A program made the position numbers and the translations under genes. A stretch of DNA of 63,334 nt, filler included, from an uncultured Gemmatimonadota bacterium (GTDB lineage Bacteria; GCA-2686955): NCBI GenBank assembly GCA_964490075.1. It is 3 parts of 3 records of this genome, joined end to end, with 100 filler letters (N's around TTAATTAATTAA, not from the genome) between each part and the next. Parts side by side here need not be neighbours in the genome. Positions count along the whole stretch, not along the records: positions 31,038 to 60,646 come from CAZBBK010000072.1; 2 more parts are not named here. One strand, 5' to 3'. Shown here one piece after another: positions 47,943 to 58,677 of this stretch; the first letter of the stretch is position 1, and each line of letters starts with the position of its first letter. The notes under the pieces were generated by a model, which saw only the letters and a program-made list of their open reading frames with translations, made no database searches and was not told the DNA's origin.

Positions 47943-50193
47943 TTCGATTGTTGTTCTTGGCCGAAGACCTGGCGCCGAAGCGGGGAAGTGTCACGACGAA
48001 AGAAGAGCCCATTCCGACCACGCTGCGGGCGACCACGCTGCCCCCGTGGCGCTCGACGATCTCGCGTACGATCGTCAACCCCAGTCCGGTCCCGCCGGTC
48101 TCACTGGTCGACGACATGTCGCCGCGGAAGAAGCGATCGAAGATGCGCGGCAGGTACTCCGGCGGGATTCCGTGCCCCTCGTCGCGCACCTCGACCATCA
48201 CCTCGGCATCATCGGAGCGGATCCCGATGTCGACCACCGAATTGTCGCGCGAGTACTTGACCGCGTTCGAGATCAGGTTGACGAACACCTGCTCCAGCTT
48301 GTCGCGGTCGCCGATCAGGTAGATGTCTTCGCCCTCCTTGCGGGGACCGTGGACCTCGATCCCGCGCGTCGCCGCCTGCTGCTCCACGATCACCGCGCTG
48401 GAGGCGAGGATGGCGCTGAGATTCAGATCGGCCTGGCGAATCTCGATCTCTCCGGACTCGATGCGCGAGAGGTCGAGGAAGTCGTTGATCAAGGACCCCA
48501 GGCGCCGCGCCTCGGAGCTGATGATCTGGGCGAACTCGGAGATCTCCTCATCGCTCAGCTCCTCTTCGAGGAGGATCTCGGAGAATCCCTGGATCGAGGT
48601 CAGCGGCGTGCGCAGCTCGTGAGAGACGGTGGAGACCAGGTCGGATTTCATCTGCTCGATCTTGCGCTCTCTGGTCACGTCGCGCAGCACGGTGACGATG
48701 CCCACCGCATCGCGGCGGCTGTCGAAGACCCGCACGCTGCGCGCCTGCAGGGTCTGCTGCGGCCGGTCTCCGCCCAGATCGAGATCGAGATTCGAGGAGC
48801 AGACCCGGCGCGGCGGGATCTCGGCCGCCGCGTCGAGATGCCGGCTCAGGCTTTCGTGGGCGATCACATCGTTTCTCGGCCGCCCGACCGCGGTGATCGC
48901 GGGCACCCCGAACCAGCGCTCGAACTGGGAGTTCACCAGTCCCACGCAGCCCTCCCGGTCGACCACCAGGAGACCGTCGGCCATGTTGCGCACGATCGCC
49001 TCGGTCTTCGACTTCTCGCGCAGCACATCGCGCAGGATGTCGGCCTGCTGGGCCTTGAAGCTCTGCGCCAGCCGGTTCACCGCGACACAGAGCGCGCCGA
49101 TCTCGTCGCGCGAGACGACCGGCACACGGGCGCTGTGGTCGCCTTCGGCCAGCTTTCGAACGGCGTCGCGGGCCAGCTGCAGGGGCCGCGTGATCCAGGC
49201 CGAGAGCCAGATGGCCACCACCGTGGCGACGATCAGGGAGGCCGCGGCCCATGCCAGGATCAGCTTGCGGGCCACCATCAGTCCCTGGAGGGCGCTCGAC
49301 TCGGGCTCGCTCAGAACCACGAACCAGCCCAGATCCGGCAGGCTCGAGGCCACGCCGCGCATCCGCTCGCCGGCGTGGGAGCTGCCGGCCGGCGCCTGAT
49401 AGTCCAGGAGCTGCATCGGGTGGCGGGCGCCGACCGAAGCCACGAACGCCAGGGGGGTCTCGTCGCCGGCCAGAGTCCCGCGGATCCGCCCCGTCCCCGA
49501 GCTGCGGTAGATCAGGTGGCCGGCGGTGTTCACCAAGGTGAGGTCGAGCTGCTCGGCGGTCGCCACTCGGGTGCAGCGCTCCAGCAGGCGGTCGGCCGAG
49601 AAGCGGGCGACCAGGACTCCGCGCTCCAGCGCCGGCAAGGGCGAGGGGATGGCGGCCGTCAGGATGCGTGGAGTCCGGCCCGGCAGGGTGGTCACGCGGC
49701 CGAAGTGGATGTTGTTGCTGCGCAGAGCCGCCTCGATGATGGCGTCGTCCTGGCCGGCGAGGAGCGCGGCGTCGCGGGCGCCGGTGGTCGGATCGAGCAG
49801 GGCGACCTGGAGCTCGGGCGCGACCGCGGTCTGGTACTCGGCGGCGGTGCCGTCGAGCAGGCCGAGCGAGAGCACGTCGTCGTTGTAGCGCACGATAGAC
49901 TCAATCAGCCGGCGCCGCGCGTAGGGCGACTCGTCCCCCACCACCCCGGCCGAAGCGGTGAGCTCCATGATCCGCTCCCAGGGTCCGGTGAAACCCTCCT
50001 CGATGGTCAGAGTGAGCAGACCGAGCACCGCGCTGTGGCGGCGTTGGAGACGGTGCTCCGCTTCCGACTGGAGCTCGAAATGCAGCCATCCGCCACCCAG
50101 GATCGAGAGCGCCAGAGCACAGACAAGCAGCAGCAGCAGGTGCTTGAGGAGCAGTGTCGGAGAAGAAAGCGAGGGCAGGGGTCTCTCCACCAT
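47920..50193 (-). CDS. Sensor histidine kinase (periplasmic sensor, HAMP, PAS, HisKA, HATPase)
   Basis: Two TMs; SRDEIG HAMP; VSHELRTPLT; NLISNAVKY; D.G.GI; IFDRF; GTGLGL. The start (ATG 50193) is inferred. Confidence 0.93.
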   Translation of the reverse strand: MVERPLPSLSSPTLLLKHLLLLLVCALALSILGGGWLHFELQSEAEHRLQRRHSAVLGLLTLTIEEGFTGPWERIMELTASAGVVGDESPYARRRLIESIVRYNDDVLSLGLLDGTAAEYQTAVAPELQVALLDPTTGARDAALLAGQDDAIIEAALRSNNIHFGRVTTLPGRTPRILTAAIPSPLPALERGVLVARFSADRLLERCTRVATAEQLDLTLVNTAGHLIYRSSGTGRIRGTLAGDETPLAFVASVGARHPMQLLDYQAPAGSSHAGERMRGVASSLPDLGWFVVLSEPESSALQGLMVARKLILAWAAASLIVATVVAIWLSAWITRPLQLARDAVRKLAEGDHSARVPVVSRDEIGALCVAVNRLAQSFKAQQADILRDVLREKSKTEAIVRNMADGLLVVDREGCVGLVNSQFERWFGVPAITAVGRPRNDVIAHESLSRHLDAAAEIPPRRVCSSNLDLDLGGDRPQQTLQARSVRVFDSRRDAVGIVTVLRDVTRERKIEQMKSDLVSTVSHELRTPLTSIQGFSEILLEEELSDEEISEFAQIISSEARRLGSLINDFLDLSRIESGEIEIRQADLNLSAILASSAVIVEQQAATRGIEVHGPRKEGEDIYLIGDRDKLEQVFVNLISNAVKYSRDNSVVDIGIRSDDAEVMVEVRDEGHGIPPEYLPRIFDRFFRGDMSSTSETGGTGLGLTIVREIVERHGGSVVARSVVGMGSSFVVTLPRFGARSSAKNNNRSASHPRR

Positions 50194-50426
50194 GGCGGGG
50201 CCCGTGCGCGAGGACGCCGGGGGATCGCCGTCGCTCTCACCGACGACGGCCGCGTGCCCCCTCGACCGATCGGCATGGACTGCGTCGAGTCTCGAGCGCG
50301 CCCGCGCCCCCCGCGCCAGGTCGCAACCCGAAGGCTCTCCGTCATTCTCACCCGATCGGCCGGGAAGAGCAAGAGCCGTATGGCGCCCTTTTGCCGTTGC
50401 CGGAGATGCGAATCGGAGTTCTCCTG

Positions 50427-52784
50427 ATGCTATACCAGATGTTCGCGCACGCCGCTCGCCCTTTCCTCCGGAGGCAATCCTTGGCCCACGCAACCCTGCC
50501 CGCACTCATCGCTCTTCTCTTCACCATGACCGCCGAGCCGGGGATCGCGGAATCCGCCGCGCACGCGGCGGCGCCGCCGGCCAAGCTGCGCGTGCGCATC
50601 GATCTCATCAGCCAGCCCAAGGATCTCCAACTGCGCGCGGCCGGCCTCGATCTTTTCGGGGCGCGACCCGAGGGCACCATCGAGGCTTTCGTCACGCCGC
50701 AGGAGAGACTCTTCCTGGAACGTGACCTGGGCTACCGGCTCACCGTGCTGAGCCACGACATCTACAAGGACTTCGAGGCCCGGCACGGCTTCCTCGGCAA
50801 CGGCAACCTCCGCGACTATCGGAACTACGCGGAGAATTTGAGCTTCTTGCAGGGCATCGAATCCGCGTATCCCGCCATCGCCCACCTGTTCCAGATCGGC
50901 AGCTCGCTCGAAGGACGGGCGATCTGGGCGATGAAGATCTCCGACAATGTCATGGACGACGAGGACGAGCCCGAGATCCTCTACACCGCCATTCACCACT
51001 CGAGGGAACCGGTATCGAACGAGACCGTCCTGCAGCTGATCGAGCACTACGCGACCGGCTACGGCTCCGACCCGGAGCTGACCGACCTGGTCGACGATCG
51101 CGAGCTCTTCTTCGTGCCGATCGTCAACCCCGACGGCTACGTGCACGTCGACGACGTCGATCCCTACTGGCGCAAGAACCGCCGCGGCGGCTACGGCGTC
51201 GACCTGAATCGCAACTACGGCTACAACTGGGGTTGGGACAACATCGGCTCGAGCCCTTACACCGGCGATCCCACCTATCGCGGCAGCGGCCCCTTCTCCG
51301 AGCCGGAGACCCAGGCGATCCGCGACCTCTGCGAGACGCGCGAGTTCGTCTTCGCGTTGAACTTCCACACCTTCGGCGAGTACTACCTGTGGCCCTGGGG
51401 CTACATCACCGCGCCCACCCCGGAGCAAGAGATCTTCGCCGCCCACGGCGACTCGCTCTCGAGAGACAACGGCTACACCGCCGGCATCGGATCGATCGTG
51501 CTCTATATCACCAACGGCGATGCCGACGACTGGATGTACGGGGAGACCGAAACCAAAGGGCGAATCTTCGCCATCACCCCGGAGATCGGCGACGATTTCT
51601 GGCCGGCGACCTGGAAGATCCAGGGTTTCGTCGATGAGAACATCGCCCCCGCGGTCTACCTGGCCGCCATGGCGGCGACACCGGCCAAGCCGGTTCCTCC
51701 CCGGGCGCCGGTGGTGGTCGCAGCGCCGGTCACGGGCGACAGTTTTCGTGTGGTGTGGGACAACCGCGCCAACGCCGACTACGATCCCCCGGTCTCTTAT
51801 CGGCTCGACGAAATGGTGGGGCTGAATCGCATCGAGGACGATCTGGAGAACGGCGGCGGCGCCTGGCTCGCGGCGGACGGCTTCGAGCTGCGCACCAATC
51901 GCTACGAAAGCGCCACGCATTCCTACTACTCCGGTCGATCCAATCAGAATGTCGCTACCTTGACGGCAACACAATACCTCGGCGTGGAACCCACGGACGA
52001 GATCCTGATCTGGACCTGGTACGATATCGAGACCGATTGGGACTACGCGTACGTGCAGGTTTCGGAGGACGGCGGCCAGAGCTGGGCCAATCTGGCGGGG
52101 AACATCACCACCAACTACAATCCCAATGGCACCAATCTGGGCAACGGCATCACCGGATCGTCAGGTGGCTGGATCGAGGGCAGTTTCGCGCTCGATTCCT
52201 ACACTGATCGCAGCGTGCTGCTGCGCTTCTCCTACAACACCGATCAGGCGGTGCTCGAGGAAGGCATATATTTCGACGACATCTACCCGGTCGAAAGCTT
52301 CGACACCGTCACCACACTGGTAGCGGCGACGCCGGAGCTCTTCCACGATATCTCCGGGCGTGCTCCGGACTCTTACTACTACCGGGTCAACGCGACCGAC
52401 GCCGACGATCAGACCAGTGCCTGGTCGGCGCGGGCCGAGGTGCAGGTCACCGATACCGACCTGGTGCTCACGCTGGCGCCGCAATCGACCACCGTTCCGC
52501 GCGGCGGGGAGCTGGTCTACACCGGTTCGATCCGCAACGAGGGCCCGGCGACCCGTAGCATCGACGGCTGGGCCGAGCTCACGCTGCCCGGCGTCACTCC
52601 CTACCCGGGCCCGGTGCTGGGACCGATCTCGCTAACCGTCGCACCCGGTGAGACGGTCTCGCAGGAGATCACGCAAGCGGTGCCGCCGGCGGCACCACTG
52701 GGAACCTATACCTACCTCGGCGCCGCGGGAGCCCATCCCACGCCGGAAACCAGCGCGGTGTTCGCGGTGACGGTCACCGAGTAG
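50427..52784 (+). CDS. Secreted M14 zinc carboxypeptidase (carboxypeptidase T-like) with jelly-roll/FN3-like and C-terminal Ig-like domains
   Basis: HSRE, NPDGY, WRKNR, GVDLNRNY, FSEPET, NFHTF, G.A.DW.Y, TPE; WYDIE.DWDY.YV. The start is uncertain (50406/50427/50439). Confidence 0.9.
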   Translation: MLYQMFAHAARPFLRRQSLAHATLPALIALLFTMTAEPGIAESAAHAAAPPAKLRVRIDLISQPKDLQLRAAGLDLFGARPEGTIEAFVTPQERLFLERDLGYRLTVLSHDIYKDFEARHGFLGNGNLRDYRNYAENLSFLQGIESAYPAIAHLFQIGSSLEGRAIWAMKISDNVMDDEDEPEILYTAIHHSREPVSNETVLQLIEHYATGYGSDPELTDLVDDRELFFVPIVNPDGYVHVDDVDPYWRKNRRGGYGVDLNRNYGYNWGWDNIGSSPYTGDPTYRGSGPFSEPETQAIRDLCETREFVFALNFHTFGEYYLWPWGYITAPTPEQEIFAAHGDSLSRDNGYTAGIGSIVLYITNGDADDWMYGETETKGRIFAITPEIGDDFWPATWKIQGFVDENIAPAVYLAAMAATPAKPVPPRAPVVVAAPVTGDSFRVVWDNRANADYDPPVSYRLDEMVGLNRIEDDLENGGGAWLAADGFELRTNRYESATHSYYSGRSNQNVATLTATQYLGVEPTDEILIWTWYDIETDWDYAYVQVSEDGGQSWANLAGNITTNYNPNGTNLGNGITGSSGGWIEGSFALDSYTDRSVLLRFSYNTDQAVLEEGIYFDDIYPVESFDTVTTLVAATPELFHDISGRAPDSYYYRVNATDADDQTSAWSARAEVQVTDTDLVLTLAPQSTTVPRGGELVYTGSIRNEGPATRSIDGWAELTLPGVTPYPGPVLGPISLTVAPGETVSQEITQAVPPAAPLGTYTYLGAAGAHPTPETSAVFAVTVTE

Positions 52785-53018
52785 GGGCGGCGCACCAGCA
52801 ACTTCACTTTGCTCGGCACCGAGAACGTGGTAGCGATGGGACGCAACCGGCGTTTCCAGCGCGTCGCATGGATCCCTGAAGACATACGAGGCTTGGCTGA
52901 GGCTGACAGTAGGCGGGGCGGGTTGGGAGCACTTGCGCGTCGCGAGATTCGGCGCTAGCGTTGCGTCCATCGAGAGACTCCGCCGGGGCCATCGTCGACA
53001 TAGAGCCGAGGTGAGATC

Positions 53019-56000
53019 ATGTCAGTCGGTAGACTCGGGTCGGACCACACGTTGCCAAGCTTCGCCCGTACCCGTCGTCGAAGGGTGGTTCGACCTCTCC
53101 GTCCGACCGTCCGTCGGCGGTCCGCACTGATGGCGGGCTCGCTGGTCCTTCTGGCGGCGTGTGCAGCGCGCGTTTCGAACCGTGCCCCGAACTCCCCGGA
53201 GCAGCAAGGCCAGACGCCGATCCCCACCGCGGCCCATTCCATGTCTCTCGCGGACGCCCGAGACGCACTCGCCGGCAACAAGTTTCGCCGCGCCGCGGAG
53301 GCCTTCGCCGGCATCGGAGCCGACACTTCGAGGAACGCCCGCGAGCGGGCCTGCGCGTACCGCGCCGAGTCGATGGCCCGGGCCGCGCGGAGGGATTTCG
53401 ATGCCGAGGTGGGCGCGCTGACGCAGGCGCTGATGCTCGATTCCGCCTACCCGGGGAACCCGCTTCTGCTGCAGAGAGTGGAGGCATTGCTCATCCGCGG
53501 TGGTCGCTGCGCCTCGTGGATCCGCCATGGCGAGCGGATGCTGGAGGCCCTGGAAGGGGTGCCGGCGCTGAGACTCAGCTGGCTCGACCTGGCCGCCTGC
53601 GACCAGGAACTGAGGAATCGGATCGATGCTTCGCTCGCTCTTCATGCCGAGATGCGGCGAGTGGTCGACTGGCGGGTCATCGGCCCGTTCGACAACTCCG
53701 CCGGCGGAGCGGTCGACCGAGTCTTCCCGCCCGAAGTGGAGTTTGATCCCGAGGCGCGCTACATCGATGCGAAGGGGAGGCCGATTTACTGGCATGGGGC
53801 CCCGCCGGTCTCCTACGGAATCGTGAATCTCGACGTACTGCTCGCCGACCCATCCCACGCAGCAACCTACGCCCTGACCCACGTCCGCATCGATGAAGAG
53901 ACCGAGGCGCTCGTACATCTGAGCGGCAGCGGTGCGTTTCGACTCTGGATCAACGACCGACTGGTGCTCGACGAGCCGCTCGTCCGGCAATCGAAAGAGG
54001 AGCTGTACCGAGTGCCCGTTCGGTTGCACCAGGGGTGGAATCGGGTGCTCGTGAAGGCGTGCGTGGAATCCGAGCCACTGTTCTTCTACTTGAGCTTCAC
54101 CGACACCACGGGCCTTCCTCTGGAGGTCGTTGCCAGCGCCGAGCCCCAGCCCTACACATCCGATCGAGGCGCCGGCGAGACCACCGCGAGCGAGCTAGCC
54201 GTTCTCGGCGAGGAGGACTGGCTGAGGCGCTGGTCGCGTTCCGCCACCTCGGCGCCCCTGGCGGACGCAGTGCTCCGCGCCAAGTGGCTGAGATCCGCCG
54301 GCTTCGCCAACCAGGCGAATGCGGCCCTGGATTCCCTGGCGTTACGCTTTCCGCGCAGCGCCCTGATCATCCAGATGCAATCGAAGCTCGACAGGGACCG
54401 CGGCCCAGGCGCGGCGCGCCTGGGACCGCGCGCAATGGTAGAGATGGCGCCCGAGCTCTACGCCGCGCGCATCGCTTTGATCGAGCAGCTCGAGGACGAA
54501 AACGAGATCGAGGAGGCGCAGCGTGAACTGTCGCGCGCAATCGAGATGTTCGGACTGAAACCGGAGCTGCGGGCGATGCGCGGAAATCTCGAGATGAAGA
54601 AGGGGGAAATCGAACAGGTGTTGCGGGATCTTATGCGCGCCGTCGAGGAAGATCCGGGGTCCCTGAGCCACCGAAGCTATGTGTTGCAGATGCTGGAGAT
54701 GCTCGATCGCCCGCAAGCGCTGGAGAGATTCGTCGCGGACTGTGTGGATGCGCGACCGGACAATCCCGGGCTCCTCAGGAAGTCCGCCGCCTCCGCCTAC
54801 CAGCGGCGGGACTACCGGCAGGCGGCAAACGACCTGCGCGCCGCGCTGCGAGTCGGCGCGAGGGCCGACGTGATCCACGCCGAGCTCGCAACGGTGCTGA
54901 ACGAGGCCCAGTTGTTGGACCAAGCGTGCGAGGTCCTGCGTGAAGGCATTCGCCACGCCCCGATGAGCTCGGGACTCCACCTGACGCTCGGATCGTTGCT
55001 CCTGCGCCTGGATCGACCGGCCGAGGCCAAGCCGTTGATCCGCCGTCATGTGGAGCTGACCCCAACCTCATTCGTTCAACGCGAGGTGCTGCGCGCGCTC
55101 GAGAACCAGCCCTCGCTGCGCACGGTATTCCGGCGCGAGGAAGCTGGCGATCTGATGCGCCAGGAGCTCGATTGGTGCGATCCGAACGCGGCCGCCGTGC
55201 GTCTACTGGAATCGATCGAGGTGATCCTCTATCCCGACGGCGCGCGCGAACAACGCCATCACCTGTTGACCAAGATCCGCAGCGAAGCCGGCGCCGAGCT
55301 CCATCGCACCGAATCTGTCCCCCAATCCGTCGGCCCAGATGTGTCGGTGGAGATCGCCCGGACCTTGAAGCCGAACGGACACGAGGTGGAGGCCGAGATC
55401 CGGTCGGGCGAAGTGGCATACGGCGACCTCGAGCCCGAAGACGTGATCGAGCTTCGCTACTCGATCCGCAGTGGTCCTCTGCGCGGGCTCCCCGGCCATT
55501 TCTGGTCGAGCTACATCTTCGACACTGGAATCCCCACAGCACTGACGCGCTTCTCGATCGTATCGAAGAGCGATCAGCCGCTCCACACCCGCCTTCACAA
55601 CGTCGAGCTGGATCCCGAAGTATCGGAGATCGACGGCTGGCGCCTACAGAGCTGGGAGATGCGAAGAGTCGAGGGCGCCTCCACGCCGGCCGCGGCCCCC
55701 CCCGCGCTGGAGCGGGTCCCCTGGTTGGATCTCTCGACCCTCGCGTCCTGGGAGCAGATCGTCGAGTGGTATGCGGGGATCGCGAAAGGCCGCACCCGAG
55801 CGACCCCCGCCCTGCGCGCGCGCGCGCTCGACCTGACCGCCGACGCCGAGACCGACAGCGCCAAGGTCCACGCGGTGGCGCGTTTCGTTCGCGGCTCTAT
55901 TCAGTACGAGGGCGGCTCCTTCATCGACAGCGGCCTGGTGCCATTCGCCGCCGAAACCGTGCTGCGACGCGGCTTCGGCGACTGCAAGGATCAATCCGCC

Positions 56001-56933
56001 TTGATCGTGGCCCTGCTGCGCGCCGTGGGCATCGACGCCCACATGGCGCTGGTCAATGGTCGTGACGAGTCGACGGTGGACTACCTGCCCTCGCCGAGGT
56101 TTACGCACGCGATCGTGCGCGCCGTCACCGGCGAAGGTCGGGGACTCTGGATCGATCCGACCGCCGGCGGGCTTGCGTTTCCCAACGTCCCGATCGAGCT
56201 GGAGGGGACGAGAGCCCTGGTGATCGAGCCGGGAAGCGCTGAGTTCGTCGCGATCCCGCTCGATGCGGCCGAGATGAACGGCAGCAGCTCTTCCATCGAC
56301 GTGGTGTTGGACGGCGCGGGCTCCGGCAAGGTCTCGGGACGCTGCCATTTCGTAGGCGAGGACGGCGCCGGTCTGGCGCTGGCTCGCGAGATGGCCGCCG
56401 AGGTGACGCGCGAATTTCTGGAAATCATGGTGGCTGAAGCGTTTCCAGATGCAGCGGTGAGCGAGGTTGCGCTGTCGGACGACACTCCAGCAGAAGAGCC
56501 GCTCGAGATGCGCTACCGGCTCACCGCTCCGGGTATCGCGACTGCCGCGAGCAACTTGCTGGTGCTGCGGATTCCGTGGACGATTCCCCCGCTGCCCCGC
56601 GAATTCGTGGTTCAGGAGCGGCGCGCAGAGCCGCTGGTCCTGGACAGCTGGAAAGGGCACTACGAGGAAGAGATCCGGATGGTGCTGCCCGGCGAGTTCG
56701 CGCCCTACGCGCCGCTCGAATCGGTCGTGCTGGATTGTGACCAGGGGAGCTACCGCCTGGAATTCGAGCAGCTCGCGGACGACCTGATCCGCGTCAAGCG
56801 AGTGCTCCAAATCGACGCGATCCGCATCGAACCCCACGAGTACGAAGCGTTCCGGAGCTTTCTGCGGGCGGCGGGCCGGGCGGAAGAGACCCAGATCGTG
56901 CTCCGACAGCAGGTCCAGCCGGCCGAGTCGTGA
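53019..56933 (+). CDS. TPR-containing DUF3857/transglutaminase-like protein, probable lipoprotein
   Basis: LLAAC lipobox (the start may be 53130); WRVIGPF..L..GWN.VLVK domain; TPR-like helices; GDCKD, FTHAI and WIDPT give a Cys-His-Asp triad. Confidence 0.82.
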   Translation: MSVGRLGSDHTLPSFARTRRRRVVRPLRPTVRRRSALMAGSLVLLAACAARVSNRAPNSPEQQGQTPIPTAAHSMSLADARDALAGNKFRRAAEAFAGIGADTSRNARERACAYRAESMARAARRDFDAEVGALTQALMLDSAYPGNPLLLQRVEALLIRGGRCASWIRHGERMLEALEGVPALRLSWLDLAACDQELRNRIDASLALHAEMRRVVDWRVIGPFDNSAGGAVDRVFPPEVEFDPEARYIDAKGRPIYWHGAPPVSYGIVNLDVLLADPSHAATYALTHVRIDEETEALVHLSGSGAFRLWINDRLVLDEPLVRQSKEELYRVPVRLHQGWNRVLVKACVESEPLFFYLSFTDTTGLPLEVVASAEPQPYTSDRGAGETTASELAVLGEEDWLRRWSRSATSAPLADAVLRAKWLRSAGFANQANAALDSLALRFPRSALIIQMQSKLDRDRGPGAARLGPRAMVEMAPELYAARIALIEQLEDENEIEEAQRELSRAIEMFGLKPELRAMRGNLEMKKGEIEQVLRDLMRAVEEDPGSLSHRSYVLQMLEMLDRPQALERFVADCVDARPDNPGLLRKSAASAYQRRDYRQAANDLRAALRVGARADVIHAELATVLNEAQLLDQACEVLREGIRHAPMSSGLHLTLGSLLLRLDRPAEAKPLIRRHVELTPTSFVQREVLRALENQPSLRTVFRREEAGDLMRQELDWCDPNAAAVRLLESIEVILYPDGAREQRHHLLTKIRSEAGAELHRTESVPQSVGPDVSVEIARTLKPNGHEVEAEIRSGEVAYGDLEPEDVIELRYSIRSGPLRGLPGHFWSSYIFDTGIPTALTRFSIVSKSDQPLHTRLHNVELDPEVSEIDGWRLQSWEMRRVEGASTPAAAPPALERVPWLDLSTLASWEQIVEWYAGIAKGRTRATPALRARALDLTADAETDSAKVHAVARFVRGSIQYEGGSFIDSGLVPFAAETVLRRGFGDCKDQSALIVALLRAVGIDAHMALVNGRDESTVDYLPSPRFTHAIVRAVTGEGRGLWIDPTAGGLAFPNVPIELEGTRALVIEPGSAEFVAIPLDAAEMNGSSSSIDVVLDGAGSGKVSGRCHFVGEDGAGLALAREMAAEVTREFLEIMVAEAFPDAAVSEVALSDDTPAEEPLEMRYRLTAPGIATAASNLLVLRIPWTIPPLPREFVVQERRAEPLVLDSWKGHYEEEIRMVLPGEFAPYAPLESVVLDCDQGSYRLEFEQLADDLIRVKRVLQIDAIRIEPHEYEAFRSFLRAAGRAEETQIVLRQQVQPAES

Positions 56934-57092
56934 CCGCGCCGCGACGACGTCGGCGCCCCAGCGACTTCACCAGAAGCGCAGAAACCGACGCCGACTCCGC
57001 GCGTATCATCCGGGATCCGCGGCCCCGAGTCTCCACTGCAGAGCGCAGGGTCGGTCCGGGACCGGAGGTCGCCTGCGGAGACCACCGAGCGC

Positions 57093-57575
57093 GTGATACG
57101 CCGACCCCTCGTGATTCTCGACAACGTGCGCAGCGCTCACAACGTGGGGGCGATCTTTCGAACCATCGACTGCGCCGGGATGGCCGGAATCGAGCTCTGC
57201 GGGCTGACCCCCCATCCGCCGAACCCGAAACTGGCGAAGACCGCGTTGGGCGCGGAACGCAGCGTGCCATGGAGGCGTGCGGAGTCGGCGCTGGAGGCGA
57301 TCGAGAGAGCGCGCGCGCAGGACCGCCGAATCGTGGCAATCGAGGCCATCGATAGCGCCCGGGATCTCTATGATTCCGCCCTGGGCGACGACTGCGCGCT
57401 GGTGCTCGGCCACGAGGTATTCGGCATAACGCCGGAGGCTCTCGCGGCCGCCGACCTCGTGGTGCGTATTCCGATGCGCGGAAGCAAATCCTCGTTGAAC
57501 GTGGCAAGCGCCTTCGCGGTGGTGGCCTTCGAGCTGCTGCGCCGATCGCGACGCTCAGGAGAGACCGCCGAATGA
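57093..57575 (+). CDS. TrmH/SpoU family RNA methyltransferase
   Basis: ILDNVRSAHNVGAIFRT.D, LVLGHEV.GI, IPMRGSKSSLNVASA. Confidence 0.93.
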   Translation: MIRRPLVILDNVRSAHNVGAIFRTIDCAGMAGIELCGLTPHPPNPKLAKTALGAERSVPWRRAESALEAIERARAQDRRIVAIEAIDSARDLYDSALGDDCALVLGHEVFGITPEALAAADLVVRIPMRGSKSSLNVASAFAVVAFELLRRSRRSGETAE

Positions 57576-58276
57576 TGAGTAGAAACTTGGTGCGCGCGGC
57601 TGGACTGGTTTCGCTCGCCGGCGCCGCCCTGGCGCAGCCGCCGACCCCGGCGCTCGAGCTGAGCGGCGCCCCGAGCGTGTTCTCCAGTGTGCTCCAGCTG
57701 CGCGGTTTCGCGCTGGCCATCGTGGTGGTGCTCACTGTCCTCTCGCTGGTCTCGTGGGCGGTGATCATCGGCAAGAGCCGCGAGCTGAGCGCGGTCTACC
57801 GCGCCGGCCGAGTCTTCCTCGGCCAATTGCGCGAGGGGATTCCGGTGAGCGCACTGGCCTCCATCGTTTCGCCCTCGCCGCTGCCCCGTCTGGCGGGCAG
57901 AGCGCTGGAGGCCCCCCCGGGCGACGACGACCCGGAGCGCCGCCTGCGACGGCTGACGCTGGAGAGCCACGCCCGTCTGGAATCGAAGCTCTCGATCCTC
58001 GCCACGGTCGCCTCGATCGCGCCTTCCCTGGGACTGCTGGGCACCGTCTACGGCATCATGGAGACCTTTCTCGCCATCGGCGCCACCGGCTCGACCAGCA
58101 TCAGCGTGGTCGCTCCGGGGGTGGCCGACGCGCTGCTCACCACGCTCTTCGGGCTGGCGGTGGCGATCCCGGCGGTCGCCGGCTACAACCACTGCGTGCG
58201 GCGCCTGCGCCGCATCTACATCGACCTCGACAATGGCGTGTCGGAGATCGCCGATCGACCGGAGGTGCGCCGATGA
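57572..58276 (+). CDS. tolQ: TolQ (MotA/TolQ/ExbB) proton channel
   Basis: LATVASIAP.LGLLGTVYGIM.TF, VAPGVA.AL.TT.FGL.VAIPAV..YN. Confidence 0.9.
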   Translation: MMSRNLVRAAGLVSLAGAALAQPPTPALELSGAPSVFSSVLQLRGFALAIVVVLTVLSLVSWAVIIGKSRELSAVYRAGRVFLGQLREGIPVSALASIVSPSPLPRLAGRALEAPPGDDDPERRLRRLTLESHARLESKLSILATVASIAPSLGLLGTVYGIMETFLAIGATGSTSISVVAPGVADALLTTLFGLAVAIPAVAGYNHCVRRLRRIYIDLDNGVSEIADRPEVRR

Positions 58277-58674
58277 TCCACGACCGGCCGATCGCTGAGA
58301 TCAACGTCATCAACCTGGTCGACGTGATGCTGGTGCTGCTGGTGCTCTTCATCATCACCGCGCCGCTCTTGCGCGGAGGGATCGACGTCGAGCTGCCCGA
58401 GACCCGCGCCGCCCGGCCGCTGGAGTCGGCCACTGGCATCCTGGTGACGGTGACCGAAACCGATCAGATCCTGGTCGACGGAGAAGAGATCGAGAAGGCG
58501 AAGCTGGTGGATGAGATCCGCGCGCGGCGCGGCGACCTAGGCGCAGAGGTCTACCTGGCCGGCGACCGCGGCGTCGACTACGGAGAGGTGGTCTCGGTGC
58601 TGGGGCTCTTGACCGATGCGGGGGTCTCGGCCGTGGGCCTGGTCGCCGAGCCGGCGCGGCGCCGGCGGAACTGA
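58273..58674 (+). CDS. tolR: TolR (ExbD/TolR)
   Basis: AEINVINLVDVMLVLLVLFIITAP, V.LP, GD..VDYG.V..V; ATGA-coupled. Confidence 0.92.
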   Translation: MIHDRPIAEINVINLVDVMLVLLVLFIITAPLLRGGIDVELPETRAARPLESATGILVTVTETDQILVDGEEIEKAKLVDEIRARRGDLGAEVYLAGDRGVDYGEVVSVLGLLTDAGVSAVGLVAEPARRRRN

Positions 58675-58677
58675 GGC

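Noticed and set aside
52834..52972. Imperfect inverted repeat (CGATGGGACGCAAC / GTTGCGTCCATCG) between the peptidase and transglutaminase genes
   Set aside because: Short, gapped, single copy, with weak internal pairing; not enough to call an element or RNA.
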